64,000 nt of DNA from assembly GCA_963681965.1 (NCBI GenBank), contig OY820579.1, positions 96,001-160,000 of the forward strand. Reading direction: 5' to 3'. The notes under the pieces are model-generated. The model made no database searches. It saw only the letters and a program-made list of their open reading frames with translations, and had not been told where the DNA came from. Positions 1-8,024 of the stretch are shown here, piece after piece. Every line of letters begins with the position of its first letter. The stretch's first letter is position 1. The position numbers and the translations under genes are program-made. The stretch is from a bacterium (GTDB lineage Bacteria; Electryoneota; JAOADG01).

Positions 1-1
1 G

Positions 2-640
2 TCAACGGGAGCGAAGAAATTAGAGTATCCGGTCGAAATTCTATCCGGTAAATCGGCGTCGGTCGGGATCTTACACGATACTGCCAGACTTGGTGGAACA
101 CTGGTCGTGATATCGGTCTGGATAATGAAAGTCGACCATCGGACAACTTCGACAGAATTAGTTCGGTTGTTGGAAGAGAAAAATAGTGTGCGTGGATCAT
201 TGCATTCTCATCCGCGATTCATCGCTTCCGATCAACGGATCATCGATCAAGTATTGGGAGTGGGTAAATATCAACTTCCGATGGAAACTTTCGAATCACC
301 TCAGATTCAACACAAAAATCTGGCGGAGGTTGACATACCAACAACACAGGAATTGGATGAAATGCCGCGTATTGTCGGGGGTATGGCGAGCCTTACGAGT
401 CACCTCTATTATCCAGCTTCGGCTCGGAGAGATAACGTCGGAGGTAAGGTTTTAATATCAATAATGATTGATACTTCAGGTAATATTGTAGAAAAACGTG
501 TTCTCAGGAGTGTAAGAAATGATATTGATTCTATGGCTCTTAAAGCACTTGATTCGATACGTTTCACACAACCGCGGGTAAAAGGGCATAGTGTTCGGGT
601 ATGGGTTACGCTTCCGATTGCCTTTCAACTGAACAAATGA
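2..640 (+). CDS. tonB: TonB-family energy transducer, C-terminal domain (5' end probably outside the window)
   Basis: C-terminal pattern MPRIVGG...LYYPASARRDNVGGKVLISIMIDTSGNI...FTQPRVKGHSVRVWVTLPIAFQL is typical of TonB_C. Frame +2 has no stop from nt 2 to the listed start at 107. Confidence 0.8.
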   Translation, partial: STGAKKLEYPVEILSGKSASVGILHDTARLGGTLVVISVWIMKVDHRTTSTELVRLLEEKNSVRGSLHSHPRFIASDQRIIDQVLGVGKYQLPMETFESPQIQHKNLAEVDIPTTQELDEMPRIVGGMASLTSHLYYPASARRDNVGGKVLISIMIDTSGNIVEKRVLRSVRNDIDSMALKALDSIRFTQPRVKGHSVRVWVTLPIAFQLNK

Positions 641-644
641 AAAA

Positions 645-780
645 TCGAACTTTGTGTAACCGAGAGAAATTTGCCGAACTTATTTGAATGCGATTACGCT
701 ACAAAAGAATTACATATGTCTGTAATTATCATACTATTATAAAACACTACTAGTAATTAGTAAGTTTACACAAAGTACGA
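645..780. repeat. 136-bp AT-rich segment bounded by 15-bp imperfect inverted repeats (possible MITE remnant)
   Basis: TCGAACTTTGTGTAA (645-659) matches the reverse complement of 766-780 (TCGTACTTTGTGTAA) at 14/15 positions. Confidence 0.35.
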
Positions 781-999
781 CTGATAATGCTTTTCCCAGA
801 TACAATGCAAATGTGTATTCGGGGTCACACATTCGTGAAGAGCACTGTGAAACATCATTGCATTTCTCCTCTTTGTAGCTTACTATAAGACTAATCATTC
901 GCGCTGTTACTTCTGCTTTGAATTTCTCACCGATGCGAAACCTATAGAATTCGATGCAAGTTTAGTCGATCTTGTGCCGATAAAATGAAAGGACATGGA

Positions 1000-1122
1000 A
1001 TGCGCAAAGTATCGTCTTGGATTACTTCCAGTGGACGAGCTAAACCGCTGCTATTCTGGTCAATGATTACGATCGCGATGCTCGTTTTATTACTGAGAGC
1101 CGAAGCCTGTACGTTGTTGTAA
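1000..1122 (+). CDS. putative 40-aa single-pass membrane peptide
   Basis: MRKVSSWITSSGRAKPLLFWSMITIAMLVLLLRAEACTLL*. AAAGGA lies 6 nt upstream of the ATG, and a strong hairpin follows at 1211-1245. Below the ORF-track length cutoff. Confidence 0.4.
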   Translation: MRKVSSWITSSGRAKPLLFWSMITIAMLVLLLRAEACTLL

Positions 1123-1210
1123 ATCGAATCGGTGTTTCTACTTTCACTGCGCTTCGAAAAGAATATTGTTAGCGTTTTATCTGCGGATAAATCCGCAACC
1201 TCGATAAATG

Positions 1211-1245
1211 AATAAACGGGTAGACCCTTGGTCTACCCGTTTATT
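1211..1245. terminator. bidirectional intrinsic terminator
   Basis: Perfect 16-bp stem AATAAACGGGTAGACC / GGTCTACCCGTTTATT with a 3-nt loop, between convergent genes. Confidence 0.8.
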
Positions 1246-1265
1246 TACTCAAAAAAAAGCATTTG

Positions 1266-1379
1266 TAGTGGTTCTTGAAAATAAGTTGTCATGATTCGGT
1301 GTCTGGCTTCGCCTGACCTGCGGGCGGACACGGGGGTCCGCCCCTACTACCGATAACAACTTGTTTTCAATCGATACTA
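1266..1379 (-). mobile_element. REP-containing MITE-like element, copy A (114 bp)
   Basis: Terminal arms TCTTGAAAATAAGTTGT ... ACAACTTGTTTTCAA. The minus strand reads GTAGGGGCGGACCCCCGTGTCCGCCCG. Closely similar copies lie at 19236, 36431 and 63089. Confidence 0.8.
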
Positions 1380-1381
1380 AA

Positions 1382-3211
1382 TTACTCGTCGAATGCCCAT
1401 CGTTTCAGTTTACCGAGTCGATCCGGCGTATTCTTCTCGAATGGAAGTGGACGTCCACGGGTATCGACAACCAACCCGACCACACCACCAGTAAGATCCG
1501 CTTCCATGCTCTTGCCCGGTCCGGCACCCACATCGAACCCACGTACTGGATTGACCGATACTTTAGCCGATTCACCCAGTTTCAATTCATAAAGCTTCAG
1601 CTCACCGTAGCGTTGGGTAATATCTATGGATCGACCAGCTGAAGTCGTTCCTTTCACACTTACGCAATCCTTGCCTTCCTTGCTGCTTCCTACCGGAGCG
1701 ATACAGGTTCCGAGCCAGACAATACAATCCTTCTCGAACACTTCCACTGCAGCTTTCTTCGCATCGGGATGGGGAACCGATGCCAACACACCGAGTTGCG
1801 GCATCATGAAGATCGAGTCCACTGCCAACTTGGTGACTCCTTCGGGTAAGAAACTGTCGATCATCATGTGCATCGATTGCGAACGGCGTGGGGCATGGGA
1901 TAACACACCACCGGAACCAACGATTAGATCCAATTCCATCATTTTTACCAGTGTTTCGCCGGAAGAGGTTTGCTCGAACGTGTCGCTGATCGTTCGTTCC
2001 TGTTGAACGCCCTTCAAGGAAACGGCAAAGGCTTTGTGCTGGACGAATGCAAGGCGCAATGCTTCGCGGGCAATCGCTTGCTCGACCATCAGTTCCTCCC
2101 GTGTCTGAGGAATGGTGGTCGGTCGAATCATTTTGTTCGCAATTCGATTTCGCAGTTCATTTTCCGGTAAATCGAAAGGTACCCAGCGCATGATATTGTC
2201 GAGTCCAGCCTCGGCGAGCACATTGGAAATAGAATAACTCATTCCGAGATTGGCGGATACGGTTCGGTTGAAGAGACTCGAAAAGACCGAGAATACGTCA
2301 GTAGTAGCACCTCCGATGTCGACTCCTACGACGTTGATTTTATGTTGTTTAGCAATTTCCTGCATAATATCGCCGACAGCACCCGGGGTTGGCATAATCG
2401 GAGCATCGGTCCAGCCCATTAATTTGGAGTAGCCGGGCGCTTGCTGCATCACGTGTTCCATGAATAACTCGTGGACGGCATCGCGTGCCGGTCGGGTATT
2501 TTCCCGTTCGAGTACCGGTCTGAGGTTGTCAACGACGGTTAATTTGACCGTTCCCTCAAGGGTTTTGGAGACTTCGGCTGCGGCGTCTTTATTTCCGGCG
2601 TAAATCACAGGAAGATTGTAACCGTGACCCAGTCGTGCTTTGGGTCGGGCAGCACGCAACAATTCCGCCATTTCGACGACGTGCTTGGTGGTTCCACCAT
2701 CGACCCCACCGGACAGCAGCAACATATCGGGGCGCAATTTTCTAATCCGTTCAATTTTCTGGTGGGGCAATCGCCCATCGTTGGATGCCAATGTATCCAT
2801 CACAATCGCACCGGCGCTGTATGCGGCACGAGTAGCCGATTCGGCACTCATCTGCTTGACCACGCCAGCTACCATCATTTGCAAACCACCACCGGCGGAG
2901 GAAGTGGAAATGTAGATGTCACATCCTTCTTTCTCGGTTGCAGGTCGGAGGATCCGGTCTTCGTTTTTTGAATCCTGTTCGATAAACTTCTTGCCGCGCA
3001 GTTCTTCGACTTCCATGACCGCGTTCAGTACCCCGCGGGTAACATCTTCAAATGGCGCTTCAACGGTAGTCGGCGCTTCACCGCGGATGGTCTGTCGATA
3101 TTCTTCGACGCCGGTTTCGGGATTCTTCACCAATTCGATCAGAATTGCTTTCGTAGTCGTAGAACCGCAGTCGGTTGCAAGAATGGTTTTGATTCGTTGT
3201 GGCAATGCCAT
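1382..3211 (-). CDS. glmL: glutamate mutase L (GlmL/MutL)-family actin-like ATPase, putative B12-enzyme reactivase
   Basis: ASKHA phosphate motifs TDCGSTTTK and VDIGGATTDVFS, plus SSAGGGL and LLSGGVDGG. The start was moved to ATG 3211 (MALPQ), which has GGAG 7 nt upstream. Confidence 0.8.
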   Translation of the reverse strand: MALPQRIKTILATDCGSTTTKAILIELVKNPETGVEEYRQTIRGEAPTTVEAPFEDVTRGVLNAVMEVEELRGKKFIEQDSKNEDRILRPATEKEGCDIYISTSSAGGGLQMMVAGVVKQMSAESATRAAYSAGAIVMDTLASNDGRLPHQKIERIRKLRPDMLLLSGGVDGGTTKHVVEMAELLRAARPKARLGHGYNLPVIYAGNKDAAAEVSKTLEGTVKLTVVDNLRPVLERENTRPARDAVHELFMEHVMQQAPGYSKLMGWTDAPIMPTPGAVGDIMQEIAKQHKINVVGVDIGGATTDVFSVFSSLFNRTVSANLGMSYSISNVLAEAGLDNIMRWVPFDLPENELRNRIANKMIRPTTIPQTREELMVEQAIAREALRLAFVQHKAFAVSLKGVQQERTISDTFEQTSSGETLVKMMELDLIVGSGGVLSHAPRRSQSMHMMIDSFLPEGVTKLAVDSIFMMPQLGVLASVPHPDAKKAAVEVFEKDCIVWLGTCIAPVGSSKEGKDCVSVKGTTSAGRSIDITQRYGELKLYELKLGESAKVSVNPVRGFDVGAGPGKSMEADLTGGVVGLVVDTRGRPLPFEKNTPDRLGKLKRWAFDE

Positions 3212-3422
3212 CTGGTAACTCCATACCCTAAGTTTTCGGTTTCTTCCAATACAATCTTCTAATATAAGTATTGGGAATGTGATTGGGAATAGACGATTTT
3301 CGACCGGGCACAAGCCACCGATTTCCAAATTACCCGGCAACTCACCATAGAATTCGGTTACCGATGATATTGCCCCGATAACCGTAATTACTGATTAATT
3401 TTCGAGATCTCGGTGGAGTGAA

Positions 3423-3451
3423 TTGATATTCCTATCACGTTCGGTTATACT
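3423..3451 (+). promoter_or_regulatory. sigma70-type promoter for the glgC operon
   Basis: TTGATA-17 nt-TATACT, about 80 nt upstream of the glgC ATG. Confidence 0.55.
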
Positions 3452-3530
3452 GTAATTATGAATAAGGGATTTCCACAGCGATTAACCTCCATTGACCCTT
3501 TCCATTCAACCCTTACAATCACGGTCCATT

Positions 3531-4760
3531 ATGTTTCAACAGACGACAACCTTGATTCTAGCTGGCGGTCGCGGCGAGCGTCTATATCCGCTAACGAAAA
3601 CCCGCGCCAAACCGGCTGTTCCATTCGGCGGCAGCTATCGGGTAATCGATTTTACACTTTCCAATTGCCTCAATAGCGGTGTCTCGCGCGTTCACATGCT
3701 CACTCAATACTCCTCTTTGACACTGGATCGACACATCCGGGAAGCGTGGAACGGTTTCGGTCGCGAACATGGGATGTATGTGGAGTTAGTTCCCCCTCAA
3801 GGACGGTTAGTCGATCGCTGGTACGCCGGCACTGCCGATGCGATTTATCAAAATTTATTTCTGCTGGAAGAAGAGCGACCCGAACGGGTGATGATTCTCT
3901 CCGGCGATCATATCTACAAGATGGACTACCGACTGTTTGCCGATGCCCACGAACGAAACGGTGCGGATTTAACTGTGGCAGTGCTACCGGTACCGATCGA
4001 ACAGGCTTCGAATTTCGGTGTCCTATCACTGGACAGTCACAATCGAATTACTCATTTTGCCGAAAAACCGGAACACCCCGAATCGATCCCCGACGATTCT
4101 ACTCGCGCGTGGGTTTCAATGGGTGTGTACTGTTTTCGGACAACTGAATTGGTAAAAGCTTTGGTCGCCGATTTACGCCGCGAAAACTCCTCACGCGATT
4201 TTGGAAAGGATGTCATTCCGTGGATGATCGCATCGGGGTTCCGCGTGTTTGGATATCCCTTCCGAGATGAAAACAAGAAATCGGAATTGTACTGGCGCGA
4301 TATCGGATCGATCGATCAATATTATCTGGCGAATATGGATCTGGTGGAAGTCGATCCGCAATTCAATCTGTACGATCAGAATTGGCGTGTCTTCACTGGC
4401 AACCGGTACGATCTGCCGCCGGCAAAAACGGTGTTTGACGACGACGATCGCCGCGGCGAAGCAGTTGATTCATTGTTATCTCCGGGTGTGATTGTAAGTG
4501 GTGCTACCGTTCGTCGCTCGGTTCTGTCTTACGGCTGTTTTGTCCATTCGTGGGCGACCGTCGAGCGAAGTATTGTTTTGTCATACGCCGATATCGGTCG
4601 TCATGCGAAAATTCAGAATGCGATTGTCGAAGGTGGCGTAAAGGTGGCAGAAGGCGACGAGATTGGTTTCGACCCAGTTGCCGATAAAGAGCGTTTTACC
4701 GTGACACCGGGGGGTATTGTCGTCGTAACGGCAACCGATCCCGAACGTCGACGGTTATAA
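3531..4760 (+). CDS. glgC: glucose-1-phosphate adenylyltransferase (ADP-glucose pyrophosphorylase)
   Basis: LAGGRGERLYPLTKTRAKPAVPFGG, WYAGTADAIYQN, LSGDHIYKMDY, FAEKP, DFGKDVIP and YWRDIG motifs. Start placed at ATG 3531. Confidence 0.95.
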   Translation: MFQQTTTLILAGGRGERLYPLTKTRAKPAVPFGGSYRVIDFTLSNCLNSGVSRVHMLTQYSSLTLDRHIREAWNGFGREHGMYVELVPPQGRLVDRWYAGTADAIYQNLFLLEEERPERVMILSGDHIYKMDYRLFADAHERNGADLTVAVLPVPIEQASNFGVLSLDSHNRITHFAEKPEHPESIPDDSTRAWVSMGVYCFRTTELVKALVADLRRENSSRDFGKDVIPWMIASGFRVFGYPFRDENKKSELYWRDIGSIDQYYLANMDLVEVDPQFNLYDQNWRVFTGNRYDLPPAKTVFDDDDRRGEAVDSLLSPGVIVSGATVRRSVLSYGCFVHSWATVERSIVLSYADIGRHAKIQNAIVEGGVKVAEGDEIGFDPVADKERFTVTPGGIVVVTATDPERRRL

Positions 4761-4767
4761 TTTAATT

Positions 4768-7332
4768 TTGGTTTCGAATCGAGTTGTAGTGAGCAAAGGA
4801 CCAATTCACAGTCTAATCGTGTCGAACGATCCCTCACGCTGGGAAGAATTAATTCTTGCCGCGGGAATCGATTCTGTTTTGACTCCGATTGCGCCCGATC
4901 CCGAATTGGTACTGCAGGAAATCACAATTGGATTCTATCCATTAGTGATTCTAGCTCCCGATTCGTGTGTCTTCGACCAAACATTTTACGATCAAGCAGC
5001 TCATTTAATTCCCGGATCGAGTTTTCTGATTGCGACTACTACCGAATGCAATTACGACTCGATTCGATTTAGCGATCAAATTTCGGTTCGGTGTGTCGAT
5101 ATTAATTCTCCCATTGAATTCTGGACAACGACGATTCTTCAAGCGGTTGAACAGTGGCACGAGCGGAGTGCCACTCACGACGAAGCGGCAGTGGTTGAAC
5201 GTTTATCCGGGTTCTATCACACATTGCTGGAAGGGATTCCCCAAGGCATCGCGATATTCAATAATTCCTGCCGCTTGATTGTGTGCAATCGCGTTTTCGA
5301 GACAACAATCGGTCGATCCAAACTCGAATTGTTAAATCACACCTGCGCCGACATCTGTAGTTCGATTTGCACCGACCAATCGAGCTGTATCGTCGAACAG
5401 ACACTTCATTTCGGCGAGCAACAACGCTTGGTCATTCAGATACCCAATTCCGCCGGTGACCCGAGAACAATAGAATTTCGCACAGAACGATTATTGTCCA
5501 GCGATCAGAAGCCACTGGTATTGTTACTCAGCACCGATGTATCGAAGCGAATCGAATTAGAATCTCGATTATCGCAACAAAACGATTTTCTGGAACGACT
5601 GCTTTATCAAGCACCGATTGGCATCATCGTCACCAATTCCGATTTCATCATTCAGATGCACAACAATCGATTTTCCGATCGCATTAAACCGGAATTCGGG
5701 ATTCAGACCGGGCAATCGCTACGATTTCATCCGCTCAATGCAAACAACCGGTTGATCGAATATCTCGAATTCGCGTTATCGCATACCGAAACTCTGAAAC
5801 CGATTCAAATATGGGTTGAAGGAAAAAAAGAGAATCTGTATTTATCGCTCAGCGCGGGTACCGTACACGATTCGATGAATCGACCGGAAGGTTTGATCAT
5901 TACCATCGAAGATGTTACCGAAGAGTATAAACTGTTGCAGGAAATTGCGACGAAAGAAGAAGATCGCGGTCGCCGGATTTCCGAGTTGCAGATGCTCGGC
6001 GAAGTGAGTCGCGCGCTACATTCGGCAAAAGATCTCGACGAAGTACTTTATCTAATTCTGGTTGCTGTGACTTCCGATATGGGTATCGGCTTTAACCGCG
6101 CGTTCTTTTTACTGCTCGACCCGAGCACATCCGAATTGACTGGTCAATTAGCAATCGGTCCGGGCAGTTCGGACGAAGCCGGCAAGATCTGGAGCGATCT
6201 CGGCAATAAGAAATTAACGCTTCAGGAACTTTTCGCCGATTGGCGCGGTCAAATAGGATCGAATCGTGCCGTCAACGAGATGGTAAATCGATTGAAGATT
6301 TCGTTGAAAGTGGGTGAGTCGCAGATCTCGAAGGTGGTCTCGGAAAAGAAAGCCGCTATCCTTCGCCGAAGCGATTCCACTGACGATGCTATCTGGAATG
6401 TGCTCAACTGCGACGAATGCGCAGTGGTTCCACTCAATTCGAAAGAGCGAGCGGAAGGTGTACTGCTGGTCGATAACGCGATCAATCGAAATATGATCGT
6501 CGAACAACAATTAGATCAATTGGAACGATTTACCGATATTGCTGCTACCGCGGTGTTGCATGCTCGATGGTATAAGCAGTTGGAACAACGGCTACGCGAT
6601 CTTCGCAGCGCCAACACCGAATTACGGGAAAATCGCGATAAATTGATTCGAAGCGAGCGATTAATCGCTATTGGTGAGATTGCCGCCACAGTCGCACATG
6701 AAATCCGGAACCCGATGGCAGCAATTGGCGGATTGGCTCGATTAATTCAATCGGAACTCCCTCCGGAGAACTCGCTTCAGACTTATTTAACAACCATCGT
6801 TGATGAAATTCATCGGTTAGAACGTATTGTTAATGACACACTTGACTTTGTAAAACCGTGGCGCTCGAAATTTGCCATGACGCAACTCCCGGAAATTGTT
6901 AGTAAAACGCTAAAATTACTAGCAGCGGAGCTGGATAATGAACAATATTATATCCAGACGTATTTCGATCCGGGTGCCGAGTGGGTCGTACTCGATATTG
7001 ATCAAATTCATCAAGTGATTTACAATTTGATCAAAAATGCTATTCATGCGATGCCGGAAGGGGGCATCATTGTAGTCACGACGAAACGTACCGAGATTGA
7101 AATCGAACTCGATGTCCGGGATTACGGTAAAGGGATCTCGCAAGAGGTTTCGGATCGGATTTTCGATCCCTTTTTTACCACGAAAGCCACAGGGTCGGGT
7201 ATCGGATTATCGGTCAGTCGTCAGATCATGAAACAGCATGGCGGTCAATTAGCCCATATTCCAGTCGAAGGACCAGGCGCCATGTTCCGGTTAACATTTC
7301 CCATACCGGATAAGGAGAGTCACCATGATTAA
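4768..7332 (+). CDS. PAS-PAS-GAF sensor histidine kinase
   Basis: H-box VAHEIRNP, N-box NLIKNAIHAM, G1 DYGKGI, F-box FDPFFTTK and G2 GSGIGL. GAF-like segment IGFNRAFFLLLD...GVLLVDN. The start codon (TTG) is uncertain. Confidence 0.9.
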   Translation: MVSNRVVVSKGPIHSLIVSNDPSRWEELILAAGIDSVLTPIAPDPELVLQEITIGFYPLVILAPDSCVFDQTFYDQAAHLIPGSSFLIATTTECNYDSIRFSDQISVRCVDINSPIEFWTTTILQAVEQWHERSATHDEAAVVERLSGFYHTLLEGIPQGIAIFNNSCRLIVCNRVFETTIGRSKLELLNHTCADICSSICTDQSSCIVEQTLHFGEQQRLVIQIPNSAGDPRTIEFRTERLLSSDQKPLVLLLSTDVSKRIELESRLSQQNDFLERLLYQAPIGIIVTNSDFIIQMHNNRFSDRIKPEFGIQTGQSLRFHPLNANNRLIEYLEFALSHTETLKPIQIWVEGKKENLYLSLSAGTVHDSMNRPEGLIITIEDVTEEYKLLQEIATKEEDRGRRISELQMLGEVSRALHSAKDLDEVLYLILVAVTSDMGIGFNRAFFLLLDPSTSELTGQLAIGPGSSDEAGKIWSDLGNKKLTLQELFADWRGQIGSNRAVNEMVNRLKISLKVGESQISKVVSEKKAAILRRSDSTDDAIWNVLNCDECAVVPLNSKERAEGVLLVDNAINRNMIVEQQLDQLERFTDIAATAVLHARWYKQLEQRLRDLRSANTELRENRDKLIRSERLIAIGEIAATVAHEIRNPMAAIGGLARLIQSELPPENSLQTYLTTIVDEIHRLERIVNDTLDFVKPWRSKFAMTQLPEIVSKTLKLLAAELDNEQYYIQTYFDPGAEWVVLDIDQIHQVIYNLIKNAIHAMPEGGIIVVTTKRTEIEIELDVRDYGKGISQEVSDRIFDPFFTTKATGSGIGLSVSRQIMKQHGGQLAHIPVEGPGAMFRLTFPIPDKESHHD

Positions 7333-7705
7333 GAGGGTATTAGTTGCCGAAGACGAAGCGGCATTGCGAATGCTATACGAACACGCATTCCGCAAGGCGG
7401 GTTTCGAACCGGTTATCGTCGGCTCGGCGAAAGAAGCGGTCGATAAAGCACATGAAGAGAATTTCGGTTGCATCGTACTCGATATAAAAATGCCGGGGAT
7501 GGACGGTATTGAAGGGATGCAACGGATCCTCGTCGGTGGAAAACGGTGTCCCATTGTCCTGAATACTGCCTATACATCTTACAAAGATAATTTTTTGACT
7601 TGGTCGGCTGATGCTTACGTGATCAAATCATCCGACACGCAACCACTGATTGACATCGTTGCCAAGCTAATGGACAAAAGCGGTGAACCAGAATCCCAGC
7701 GATAA
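7325..7705 (+). CDS. single-domain response regulator (receiver only)
   Basis: VAEDE, LDIKMPGMDG, NTAY and YVIKS motifs. Has an AAGGAG RBS and overlaps the kinase stop. Confidence 0.9.
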   Translation: MIKRVLVAEDEAALRMLYEHAFRKAGFEPVIVGSAKEAVDKAHEENFGCIVLDIKMPGMDGIEGMQRILVGGKRCPIVLNTAYTSYKDNFLTWSADAYVIKSSDTQPLIDIVAKLMDKSGEPESQR

Positions 7706-7753
7706 CTCGCGTATACGAGCCAAATTACGAATAATCGGCAACATATAATCTAC

Positions 7754-7778
7754 TCCACGAGTAAATCTTACTCGTGGA
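7754..7778 (+). terminator. hairpin, probable terminator of glgC-HK-RR
   Basis: 11-bp perfect stem TCCACGAGTAA / TTACTCGTGGA. The U-tract is weak. Confidence 0.4.
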
Positions 7779-7934
7779 AATCGCGTTTTGTTTCTGATCA
7801 AAACCGATGTCTCAATTAATAATTAATCCAATAATTACCATATAGATACGCCACATTATTTTTATCTATCCAAACAACTTCAATTTCAATTCCCGCGATC
7901 AAGCATAAACTTGTCCATCTGCGACAAAATTTCA

Positions 7935-7963
7935 TTGCCTGAGCAGTAATAATACTGTATTAT
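7935..7963 (+). promoter_or_regulatory. possible sigma70 promoter with a palindrome in the spacer
   Basis: TTGCCT-17 nt-TATTAT. The spacer contains CAGTA-ATAA-TACTG. Confidence 0.35.
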
Positions 7964-8024
7964 CCTAATGATTTAGTCGGTTTTCGATTCAAATTGATTC
8001 TTGTTGTATGTGATGGAGGATTCT

